Part shown: positions 10,930 through 20,740 of the stretch, piece after piece
How the letters are laid out: each line of letters begins with the position of its first letter
How positions within the stretch are numbered: the stretch's first letter is position 1
Assembly (NCBI RefSeq): GCF_001194135.2
Contig: NC_068983.1
Coordinates: 128,583,776-128,617,926, forward strand
From: Octopus bimaculoides
Lineage: Eukaryota
Direction of reading: 5' to 3'
DNA length: 34,151 nucleotides
Notes under the pieces: model-generated
The model's database searches: none
The model's input: the letters and a program-made list of their open reading frames with translations, nothing else
Told to the model about the DNA's origin: nothing
Position numbers and translations under genes: made by a program

Positions 10930-11330
10930 GGGGTGCAGAGTTCGGGCTAAATTTCGAGCATTGGACCATAAGGGAATTGATGTTGCCGGATGGGTCGTAC
11001 GGTAGAAACCCAGCGTGGCAATGATGCCACGATTAGGTCTCTGTTTGATGACAATGGGTGTTCTATACTGAAAGAAGCAGTATAGAAGACGCATGTAAGA
11101 GGAATAGTGACAGGTACCTTTGTCTCTGGCTAGGGGCTGGTAAACAATTTTTTTTAGTTACCAACTCGTAAGTAAGATCGAGAAAAGGTGCCTGTCACTG
11201 AGTACATTTGCGAAAAGATGGAAGGCTGTGGCAAGCAAGTTGAGAGTGATCGGCACCAGGTAAGTGGGGCGAGTGGTAACAAGTGAAGGTTCTACGCAGA
11301 TGGCTGGATGCCTTTGCTTTTGTCGTGAAT
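10930..11330 (+). mobile_element. Possible highly decayed AP-endonuclease (RTE-like LINE) fragment
   Basis: Weak motif resemblance only: ALDHKGIDVAG (cf. LxxxxIDIAAL), HVRGI (HxxGV), K*RFYAD (KxxFYxD), with many stops. Confidence 0.35.
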
Positions 11331-11489
11331 TATTGCATATTGCAATAACAATTATATTCTATTATATGTTGAATTGCATTGTAATTATGTCATTTTCTGC
11401 TATCATCATTCATTCGGGCATTAATTTTTAAATAAAGCAGCTTCTTCATCGTTACTGTTTTGTCTGTCTTTGTTCGTCCCATCTTTGTA

Positions 11490-11657
11490 CGGCCTGTGTG
11501 GCCAATTTAATGAAATAAAGAAGCTTCCTTCCCAGCTACACAGTTCCGGGTTCAATGTCAGAGTGGAATCTTGTGGAAGTGTATTCTACTTTAGCCTCTG
11601 GCCCACCAAAGCCTTGCGAGTGGATTTAGTAGAATGGAAACCGAAAGAAGCCCGTCG

Positions 11658-11698
<41 letters not shown>

Positions 11699-11709
11699 NN
11701 NNNNNNNNN

Positions 11710-11757
<48 letters not shown>

Positions 11758-11950
11758 TCCTCCACCATCACTTGACAACCGATTTTGGTGTGTTTACGTC
11801 CCCTTAAACTAGTGGTTTGGAAAACCAGACCGATAAATGAAGTACGAGGTTTGCAAATAATAATTCCTGGTGTCGACTTCTTCGACTAAAGAACCCGTTA
11901 AGGCGGTGCTCCCGCATGGTCGCAGTCAAAATGGCTGAAAGAAGTATAAG
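11490..11950 (+). mobile_element. Composite tRNA/CORE-like SINE with internal (TA)n/(TG)n and 3' tail
   Basis: CTGTGTGG...AGAAGCTTCCTTCCC...GTTCCGGGTTCAA (B-box-like), then GGCCCACCAAAGCCTTGCGAGTGGATTT..GGAAACCGAAAGAAG, the microsatellite, and tail GTGTTTACGTCCCC...GGCGGTGCTCCCGCATGGTCGCAGTC. An inverse copy lies at 23249-23545. Confidence 0.85.
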
Positions 11951-12744
11951 CATATATTTGCACTTCCACGCACAAGCACATGAAGTATTTCTAGAGGAGG
12001 AATTTCACCTAATATATATCTGAATATCAACATTTTATTTTGTTGTGAGATAAAAGAACCTCGCTACTCATGAAAGAAAAAGAAAATTACATGCATCTCT
12101 TTCACTCAATTACTTTCCATTAAATTCGCTGGTATCGTGATAATTATATACAGTATCACATCTGTGCGTGGGGAAATTTTTATCCGTTTACATACATATA
12201 GAGTGTTCAGGCTATATTTGACAGTTTGCATAAAAGGAAAAGTAAACGAAATATCCCATCTAAAAACAAAGTATGAAAAAACGACAAAAGCAAAAAGTAC
12301 TAACTAGGTTATTACAATTAACCGCCTTTAATTTCCATCTCAACCTTAAGACAGTTCTGGAATCTGGCGAACAGCACGGAGCCTAATCCTACTGCTATAC
12401 ATATGGTCTTTCAGCACCAACTACTTCCAGCCAGGATAGTTGAACATGATCTCAATCTATTTCACACAACCATCTGAACTGAGCCCATTTCCAAATTGTG
12501 TGGGGTGAATTCTGTCATGCAGTCGAAGTCAGAACGCCTGCTGCCTCCCTTCCTGCTTGCTACGGCTCCCTTGTTTCCGTTGTAACTGTCAATGCCATGT
12601 TTTATAGCCTTTAGAATGTTTACTTAGCTTTGAGCAAGAATCCTGTTGTCGGCATTTTGACACCTGGAGTAAATCATCATGATACAGGTAACTCTTTCCC
12701 AATAAACAGCTGGTTTCCAGTACACCATGCTAGCTAAAGTTTTC

Positions 12745-12810
12745 TCAGCTACTGTTTATATCTTTATACTCTCCAACGCCGCTGTCTGTTGCCAATACTT
12801 CAGACAGTTT
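12745..12810 (-). CDS. Candidate terminal coding exon of an unidentified host gene (KLSEVLATDSGVGEYKDINSS*)
   Basis: Strong acceptor TTTTTATTTCTCATTTTCTCAG (AG at 12812-12811), 21 codons then TGA, followed by unique non-repetitive sequence. No homology recognised. Confidence 0.25.
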   Translation of the reverse strand, partial: KLSEVLATDSGVGEYKDINSS

Positions 12811-13316
12811 CTGAGAAAATGAGAAATAAAAACTCTTTAAATTTACCCCGAACACATTGTATTTTAAGTACGCATACATTTAGCAGCACTGCGTCAGTTG
12901 AGAATTTGTTTAAAAAACAGAGCTTCATCTCCCCTTCCTCTCTCACTTTCTCTTTCTCTCTCTCTCTCTCTCTTACAAACTGAATGTAGAAGACTTCGTT
13001 TAGTTTCACAACTTATTTAGAATTCACTGACATGTTATTGTAAAATTGAATATAAATACGTGTTTAAAATTGAATATAAGGTAATTTTGTTGACCTTTTT
13101 AACAGTTTTTTTTCTAGCAAAATTTTTCATTTCCTACAGGCTTTTAATTTGAACGGATTGAATGAATATATAAATAAAATGAGAATAAAACAAATAATTC
13201 TAAAATTATGAAAGTGCATTATTTGTAAAAATACATTGTATATAAAGATTTTGTACAAAAAGAAAAAAGATGGCCTGTATATATATATTTCACGAGGGAA
13301 AATGCATTTCACTTAC

Positions 13317-13406
13317 GTCTAGAAATGGGGGAAGGAATGAATGAAATGTAACTATCATTAGAAGGAGTAGAATTCTGGGATTATCAATTTCACAACAGTC
13401 ATACAT
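13317..13406 (-). CDS. Candidate 90-nt phase-0 exon (MYDCCEIDNPRILLLLMIVTFHSFLPPFLD)
   Basis: The only open frame of three, ending at a perfect GTAAGT donor (13316-13311) and in frame with the 12810 acceptor. Upstream acceptor is weak and no homology is recognised. Confidence 0.2.
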
Positions 13407-13444
13407 CTGTAGTTTCTATCCAGTTTATGATCGATTCTATCTAT

Positions 13445-13614
13445 ACAGTTCTGTATTTAAGAGATGAGGAATTATGTACATTATTTACAGTTGACGGATA
13501 GTTGTCGTCATCTTGTTTGCTGTTAACGTTTCGGTTGATATACTCTCCAGCTTTCATCGGGTGCCTTGGGAAAATTTTGAACTTGGGTTTTCATTCCTAA
13601 GGTAATTTTCGATG

Positions 13615-13618
<4 letters not shown>
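13445..13618 (-). mobile_element. Penelope terminal repeat, distal part with degenerate hammerhead
   Basis: Reverse complement AACAACATCGAAAATTACCTTAGGAATG...CAAGGCACCCGATGAAAGCTGGAGAGTATATCAACCGAAACGTT...CCGTCAAC matches 14868-15010. Confidence 0.85.
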
Positions 13619-13679
<61 letters not shown>

Positions 13680-13680
13680 G
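13618..13680. repeat. (ATT)n tract, 3' flank of the Dong-like insertion
   Basis: Read directly. Confidence 0.97.
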
Positions 13681-13914
13681 TTCAGTAGTTTTATTTTTAT
13701 AACGAGCTTTCACTTCACTACCGAGCGCAGCTCTGTGCGCCTTGGGTATATGCTGTGGTTTGCTGTGGTGCTCTTATGGTTACTGTATTGAAACTGTTTT
13801 GCGTAGGATGTGTGCAGTGCCCAGTAGTGCAATTTTCTGTATGTTATATATATTTGTAAGTCCTGGTGGTTTTGTTATGTATTTGTCTGAATATTTTTTT
13901 ATTATACCTAAGGC
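13681..13914 (-). mobile_element. R4/Dong-like LINE 3' end; the rest lies in an assembly gap
   Basis: ALGIIKKYSDKYITKPPGLTNIYNIQKIALLGTAHILRKTVSIQ* followed by a short 3' UTR and (TAA)n; (TAA)n also lies beyond the gap at 14236-14325. Confidence 0.88.
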
Positions 13915-14235
13915 NNNNNNNNNNNNNNNNNNNNNNNNNNNNNNNNNNNNNNNNNNNNNNNNNNNNNNNNNNNNNNNNNNNNNNNNNNNNNNNNNNNNNN
14001 NNNNNNNNNNNNNNNNNNNNNNNNNNNNNNNNNNNNNNNNNNNNNNNNNNNNNNNNNNNNNNNNNNNNNNNNNNNNNNNNNNNNNNNNNNNNNNNNNNNN
14101 NNNNNNNNNNNNNNNNNNNNNNNNNNNNNNNNNNNNNNNNNNNNNNNNNNNNNNNNNNNNNNNNNNNNNNNNNNNNNNNNNNNNNNNNNNNNNNNNNNNN
14201 NNNNNNNNNNNNNNNNNNNNNNNNNNNNNNNNNNN

Positions 14236-14319
<84 letters not shown>

Positions 14320-14325
14320 CATCAT
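14236..14325. repeat. (ATT)n tract, 5' flank of the Dong-like insertion
   Basis: Read directly. Confidence 0.97.
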
Positions 14326-14815
14326 TAAGGTTACTACCTCGAGTAGAACTTTTGGGGCTAGTAGCCCACGGTCTTAACCACTACGCTATATGCCCGTGGG
14401 CAATTATGGTGTGAATTGTATGGCTTATAAATCTAATATTTTTCTATCCTTCCTTAATACCGGTTCCCATATACTGTTCATATCAACAATCCGTTTGCTT
14501 AGGAAGTTGTGCCGTAGCATGTGCTGCCTCTTTTAGTTTTCGTATTTTCCAGTTATGTCCTCTGTCTATTATTTTAACTTCATCTCACAGCGGTAGGTGG
14601 TCTCCATTTTTCCATACATGATCAGCTATACCCGATTTATCGATATCTCACCGTGTCAAAGCTTTACGATGTTCCTCTACCTTTATTTTGAGGAGGCGAA
14701 GTGTTTCACCGTTGTATTACCTACCACAATTGCATGGGATGGAGTACATGCAGTTCTTAGTCATATTCTCTTCTATTGGTGGTTTTACTCGAAGGAGATA
14801 TTTGCGAATTCCAGG
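14326..14815 (-). mobile_element. Penelope-like element 3' part: GIY-YIG endonuclease and proximal terminal repeat with a tRNA-like head
   Basis: KNCMYSIPCNCGR*YNGETLRLLKIKVEEHRKAL..DKSGIADHVWK..HLPL*DEVKIIDRGHNWKIRKLKEAAH; A-box-like TAGCGTAGTGG at 14388-14378. Confidence 0.85.
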
Positions 14816-14829
14816 CAATGAAGGAGACA

Positions 14830-15012
14830 TTTCGATTGCAGGCAGTGACCTGAATAATAATAATAATAACAACATCGAAAAATATCTTAGGAATGTGAAC
14901 CCAAATTCAAAATCTCCCCAAGACACCTGACGAAGGCTGGAGTGTATATCAGCCGAAGCACTGTGTTAACAACAAATAAGATGAGGACAAAGATCCGTCA
15001 ATTGTAAATAAT
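14830..15012 (+). mobile_element. Inverted partial Penelope terminal repeat
   Basis: TTCGATTGCAGGCAGTGACCTG-(AAT)n-AACAACATCGAAAAAT...; it is the uninterrupted inverse of 14345-14326 joined to 13618-13490. Confidence 0.85.
14922..14967 (+). ncRNA. Minimal type I hammerhead-ribozyme-like motif, mutated copy
   Basis: GACAC-CUGACGA-A-GGCUG-(10 nt)-CAGCC-GAAGC-ACU-GUGUU: stem I GACAC/GUGUU, stem II GGCUG/CAGCC. The sister copy at 13525-13565 retains GAAACGUU. Confidence 0.6.
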
Positions 15013-15251
15013 ACAAAAAATGATTCTATCTATGTTTGAAAGAGTTTTCTAAGATGGTGGCAGCTGAAACCAGTAACATAAAAAGAAATTGTGGGGTCCG
15101 ATGAGATATCATCGTGTGCGATTTTTTATGGCCAATAAATTGCAATAAAGTCACCACGTACAACTGTAAGTTGTAGAAGATCTTGGATTGCCTTGGAACC
15201 CACTACATGTAAATCTTTGATATTTAACTCTTTGTAATATTTGCCTAAATT

Positions 15252-15395
15252 AGGGCGACGAGCTTGCAGATTCGTTAGCACGCCAGACAAGATGCCTAGT
15301 GGCATTTCGTGCTTCTTTACACTCTGAGTTCAAATTGTGCCGAGGTTGTTTGCCGATCATCCTTTCGAGATCGACAAAATAAGCACCAGTCGAAC
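15252..15395 (+). mobile_element. tRNA-derived SINE head
   Basis: GGCGACGAGCTTGCAGATTCGTTAGC...CTGAGTTCAAATTGTGCCGAGGT (B-box-like GTTCAAAT)...CATCCTTTCGAGATCGACAAAATAAGCACC. Confidence 0.8.
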
Positions 15396-15880
15396 ATGAG
15401 AGTGAGCATAAACCCTTGCTCTGGATATTAATCCCACCCCCGATATTGATCTCTTTATATATATATATATATATATATNNNNNNNNNNNNNNNNNNNNNN
15501 NNNNNNNNNNNNNNNNNNNNNNNNNNNNNNNNNNNNNNNNNNNNNNNNNNNNNNNNNNNNNNNNNNNNNNNNNNNNNNNNNNNNNNNNNNNNNNNNNNNN
15601 NNNNNNNNNNNNNNNNNNNNNNNNNNNNNNNNNNNNNNNNNNNNNNNNNNNNNNNNNNNNNNNNNNNNNNNNNNNNNNNNNNNNNNNNNNNNNNNNNNNN
15701 NNNNNNNNNNNNNNNNNNNNNNNNNNNNNNNNNNNNNNNNNNNNNNNNNNNNNNNNNNNNNNNNNNNNNNNNNNNNNNNNNNNNNNNNNNNNNNNNNNNN
15801 NNNNNNNNNNNNNNNNNNNNNNNNNNNNNNNNNNNNNNNNNNNNNNNNNNNNNNNNNNNNNNNNNNNNNNNNNNNNNNNN

Positions 15881-16375
15881 TGCTTTCCTCACTCTCGCCT
15901 CCCCACCTCCCAACACCATCAAACCACACCACACTCCACTACACCATACACTACCATACCACATAACACATCACATGTCCCCACCACGCACACACTAGCA
16001 CTGACCACTTCACAGCCCCACATCTTCACACCTACACATACACACACCCACACATCAAGGTCACCAGCCTTCTTCCACACGCACATATATACTTTCTTAT
16101 ACACACACACGCACATCTTCGTTTTGAGATCACCATTACTTTATTATCTCCCCTTCTTCCTAGCTCTCCTATGCGACCATTATGTCCGGCATTCGCCATG
16201 ATAGATCGCTAGCCACTACACATTCTTTATTTTCTCTCCTTGTTTCTTTCCGTGTTCCTTTCTGTGGAAGAGCGTAAGCTCGAAACGATAAAGAATGTTT
16301 CACTTCCCCAGCGTTAAACTGCTACATCTGCTCGTTGTCTACACCACCTGTCTTCGTCTCTTTATTTTGTGAATT
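15881..16375 (+). mobile_element. Penelope-type 3' UTR/terminal-repeat remnant (CA-rich) with hammerhead-like motif
   Basis: Same family as 7640-7860; CA-rich low-complexity leader. Penelope assignment is from recall of such termini. Confidence 0.55.
16258..16293 (+). ncRNA. Minimal type I hammerhead-like motif with CUGUGGA core
   Basis: CUUU-CUGUGGA-A-GAGC-GUAA-GCUC-GAAAC-GAU-AAAG. Confidence 0.5.
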
Positions 16376-16381
16376 ATCCAT

Positions 16382-16383
16382 CC

Positions 16384-16444
<61 letters not shown>

Positions 16445-16529
16445 CCTCCCCCTGTCTCTGTCTATCTATCTCAGTCTGTCTGTCTCTGTCTGTGTGTGTC
16501 TGTATGTGTGTGTTTGTGTGTGTTTGTAT
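16382..16529. repeat. (TCTA)n, (CTGT)n and (GT)n compound microsatellite
   Basis: Read directly. Confidence 0.95.
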
Positions 16530-17511
16530 NNNNNNNNNNNNNNNNNNNNNNNNNNNNNNNNNNNNNNNNNNNNNNNNNNNNNNNNNNNNNNNNNNNNNNN
16601 NNNNNNNNNNNNNNNNNNNNNNNNNNNNNNNNNNNNNNNNNNNNNNNNNNNNNNNNNNNNNNNNNNNNNNNNNNNNNNNNNNNNNNNNNNNNNNNNNNNN
16701 NNNNNNNNNNNNNNNNNNNNNNNNNNNNNNNNNNNNNNNNNNNNNNNNNNNNNNNNNNNNNNNNNNNNNNNNNNNNNNNNNNNNNNNNNNNNNNNNNNNN
16801 NNNNNNNNNNNNNNNNNNNNNNNNNNNNNNNNNNNNNNNNNNNNNNNNNNNNNNNNNNNNNNNNNNNNNNNNNNNNNNNNNNNNNNNNNNNNNNNNNNNN
16901 NNNNNNNNNNNNNNNNNNNNNNNNNNNNNNNNNNNNNNNNNNNNNNNNNNNNNNNNNNNNNNNNNNNNNNNNNNNNNNNNNNNNNNNNNNNNNNNNNNNN
17001 NNNNNNNNNNNNNNNNNNNNNNNNNNNNNNNNNNNNNNNNNNNNNNNNNNNNNNNNNNNNNNNNNNNNNNNNNNNNNNNNNNNNNNNNNNNNNNNNNNNN
17101 NNNNNNNNNNNNNNNNNNNNNNNNNNNNNNNNNNNNNNNNNNNNNNNNNNNNNNNNNNNNNNNNNNNNNNNNNNNNNNNNNNNNNNNNNNNNNNNNNNNN
17201 NNNNNNNNNNNNNNNNNNNNNNNNNNNNNNNNNNNNNNNNNNNNNNNNNNNNNNNNNNNNNNNNNNNNNNNNNNNNNNNNNNNNNNNNNNNNNNNNNNNN
17301 NNNNNNNNNNNNNNNNNNNNNNNNNNNNNNNNNNNNNNNNNNNNNNNNNNNNNNNNNNNNNNNNNNNNNNNNNNNNNNNNNNNNNNNNNNNNNNNNNNNN
17401 NNNNNNNNNNNNNNNNNNNNNNNNNNNNNNNNNNNNNNNNNNNNNNNNNNNNNNNNNNNNNNNNNNNNNNNNNNNNNNNNNNNNNNNNNNNNNNNNNNNN
17501 NNNNNNNNNNN
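16530..17511. other. Largest of ten assembly gaps (N runs)
   Basis: Other gaps start near 11699, 13915, 15479, 19120, 22838, 24140, 28603, 29599 and 33243; most abut microsatellites. Confidence 0.99.
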
Positions 17512-17550
17512 GTATATATATACATATATATACCTTCGTATTAATCTACA

Positions 17551-17838
17551 TTTATATCTGCATTTTATTGTGACCTCGCCTCCTCAGCAATTGCTGCTTA
17601 ATGACATGTTCTTCAGAAATTCATCATTTTCATTAAAATTTAGATCTCTATAATGTTGCAAATCGTTATACAACATTTTGCTGCTAATGCCCTTGGGAAT
17701 TGCATCTTTTATGCTTTCCGTGAATCTTTCACGGGTCCAGCTAATATTTATAAATCTGTTTCTTAGTATGTATATCACAGAACATGTATCTTTGTATATA
17801 ATTTCCAGTATAACTTAGTAGTTATCTTTCTTCATATC

Positions 17839-17873
<35 letters not shown>

Positions 17874-18121
17874 CTATCTATCTATCTATCTATCTCTATT
17901 ATTTCGCTGTCTGTCTCTATCTCTCTCACTCTCTCTCCATCCTTCTATCTACCTCTCCATAAAGCTATTTTTATATCTGTATTTTATTGTGACCTCACCT
18001 GCTCAGCAATTGCTGGTTAATGACATGTTCCTCAGAAATCCATTTTCATTAAAATTTAGATCTCTATAATGTTGCAAAACGTTATACAACATTTTGCTGT
18101 TAATGCCCTTCGGAATTGCAT
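17551..18121. repeat. Dispersed direct repeat of about 152-155 bp (17551-17705 and 17970-18121) around a (TCTA)n tract
   Basis: Near-identical blocks differing by a few substitutions and one 3-nt indel. Confidence 0.93.
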
Positions 18122-18632
18122 AAAAGTAATAAATTTTTATTTCTCTCAACTCTGAAATACAGGATCAATGTACGTAGAGCTTTAAACATAATCAATATTT
18201 TATTTCAAACACGGTACAGTTGGGCGAATTTACGAAAAAATCTGAAAAAGCACACTTGTTTTTCATTGAAAAGTTAACTCTAAATATATCATTCCGGTTA
18301 TGACATAGAATTATTCGGTTTCCAAATCAATTCACTGTTGTTATGGCTGCCGGTTGACCAGGAAATATAATTACGTCTTAGTATGCAATGATAGAGATTT
18401 GCAGAATAGATTTTTTTTTCTATAAATAGGTAAAAAAAATAGTCTATATGAATTTTTCGTTAGCATTAAAATTAATTTAGCTACATAATTGGCGTTATTA
18501 AGTATTAATTCTCGCTAAGGATTGTGTAATAGACTAAACAGTATTTTTCTTTTATTATGACTATTTTATGAGAGTATTGGTATCAAACATAGATAGATAG
18601 ATAAATACATGTAAACATAGATATGCACGTAC

Positions 18633-18683
<51 letters not shown>

Positions 18684-19088
18684 TATATATGTATGCATGT
18701 ATGCATGTGCGTATATCCGCCGGAACTTTCAATTCTTGATGCGCTGTGGTGGCCTGTGCGCCTGAATGAAACTCACAAATATGCCAGTCAAAAAGCATCC
18801 TCTAAGAATCAGGAGTTCTATCATGTTGGGCAGGTGAAAGAACTGAGTTTTGGATAATATAGACTTCTTTTTCCGCAGACGTAAAACTAATTTGAGTAGC
18901 ATAAGCATTCTAACATAAAAGCAAAGTTAATTACAGAAACAACAATTACGATTTAAAGTCAACAAAACTTGAGAAATGAGACCGTTATCTCATGGAAATA
19001 TTAGAAAGAAACATGAAAATGGAAACATGCTGAAAAAGGCAGTCAAGAATCGACCACACTGGATGCCGTATGATTCATGGGGAGCCGT

Positions 19089-19119
<31 letters not shown>

Positions 19120-19705
19120 NNNNNNNNNNNNNNNNNNNNNNNNNNNNNNNNNNNNNNNNNNNNNNNNNNNNNNNNNNNNNNNNNNNNNNNNNNNNNNNNN
19201 NNNNNNNNNNNNNNNNNNNNNNNNNNNNNNNNNNNNNNNNNNNNNNNNNNNNNNNNNNNNNNNNNNNNNNNNNNNNNNNNNNNNNNNNNNNNNNNNNNNN
19301 NNNNNNNNNNNNNNNNNNNNNNNNNNNNNNNNNNNNNNNNNNNNNNNNNNNNNNNNNNNNNNNNNNNNNNNNNNNNNNNNNNNNNNNNNNNNNNNNNNNN
19401 NNNNNNNNNNNNNNNNNNNNNNNNNNNNNNNNNNNNNNNNNNNNNNNNNNNNNNNNNNNNNNNNNNNNNNNNNNNNNNNNNNNNNNNNNNNNNNNNNNNN
19501 NNNNNNNNNNNNNNNNNNNNNNNNNNNNNNNNNNNNNNNNNNNNNNNNNNNNNNNNNNNNNNNNNNNNNNNNNNNNNNNNNNNNNNNNNNNNNNNNNNNN
19601 NNNNNNNNNNNNNNNNNNNNNNNNNNNNNNNNNNNNNNNNNNNNNNNNNNNNNNNNNNNNNNNNNNNNNNNNNNNNNNNNNNNNNNNNNNNNNNNNNNNN
19701 NNNNN

Positions 19706-19765
<60 letters not shown>
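19706..19765. repeat. (GA)n microsatellite
   Basis: Read directly. Confidence 0.97.
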
Positions 19766-19769
<4 letters not shown>

Positions 19770-19789
19770 AGAGTGAGAGAAAGAGAGAA

Positions 19790-20701
19790 AGCTATTTTAG
19801 CACCTCGGAATGAAAACTTTGATAAAGTAAACCATAGAGATGCTTCAGCGTTTGTCTCCATTCATACTACCGTCGATGAACCTGTTACTCTTCAATACCC
19901 AGTTGAATTTCTCAACTCTCTAAATCTCACAGAACTGCCACCTCATAACTCGTTCGTAAGGAAAGGTCCACATATCATACTGTTGAAAAATTTGGACCCA
20001 CCACGACTATGGAATGGTACAAAATTGACTGTAGCTATAATGACAAGTCATGTCCTAGAAGCAACCATTGTTATCGGCTGCCGTCAAGGTGAGATCGCAT
20101 ACATTACACGCATGCACCTTATTACCTTAAATGCGCCATTTCAAATGAAGTTCCTCCTGTTTCCAGTGCGATTCTGATTCGCTATGACAATCAAAAAAGT
20201 CTAGGGTCAAACTTAAAAAAATTTTGGGTCGCAATTTATAAATACCCTGTTTTTCTCATGGACAACTATATGTCACATGTTCTCGAGTTAGCAGTGCAGA
20301 TGACTTGTATATTTATTCGACGAACACTTGACTCACGAAAAACATCTTTTACCGAGAAGCTTTGTCGGTTTCAGTCTGCCCAAATATTAGAGAGGTGGTG
20401 CTTTTCACAATGAAGCCGCTTTCTTATCATGTACCTTAGTTTCTGCGGTACGGATAACTCTACGTCCTCATACATCAATGAATTCTTTACATTCGCAAGT
20501 CTACGTCATTTTGGGGTCAGTGATAAGATTGCATTCTAATCTAAGCTACCATTCTGCAGGTTTTTGGTGTAAACAATTTCAGCATTTTTCATCACAATAA
20601 AACATATTTATATATAAGAGCTGTTTGCTTCATGCTCATCGTGTGCCGATGCTGCCTATAAGAAAGACACAAATACCGGGTAACTTCGGGATGCATTGCT
20701 A

Positions 20702-20702
<1 letters not shown>
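19790..20702 (+). mobile_element. Helitron remnant: PIF1-family helicase C-terminus and 3' terminus
   Basis: AILAPRNE..YPVEFLNSLNLTELPPH..IILLKNLDPPRLWNGTKL..FPVRF*FAMTIKK..GQT..FSHGQLYVTCSRV; hairpin CCGGGTAACTTCGG at 20676-20689 followed by CTAA (CTRR) at 20699-20702. Confidence 0.92.

Positions 20703-20740
<38 letters not shown>

Noticed and set aside
11059-11087. Hairpin TTCTATACTG-AAAGAAG-CAGTATAGAA as a terminator
   Set aside because: An isolated 10-bp inverted repeat in decayed repeat DNA with no U-tract; intrinsic terminators are not expected in this eukaryotic context.
12480-12745. Apparent 88-aa minus-strand ORF
   Set aside because: On re-reading, the T4 run at 12600-12603 breaks the frame into two short pieces.
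14345-14400. tRNA gene
   Set aside because: A-box and partial cloverleaf only, with a degenerate T-arm and no acceptor stem; it is embedded in a repeat.
19790-20370. Host PIF1 helicase gene
   Set aside because: Intronless, with stops and frameshifts, and followed by a Helitron-type 3' terminus.
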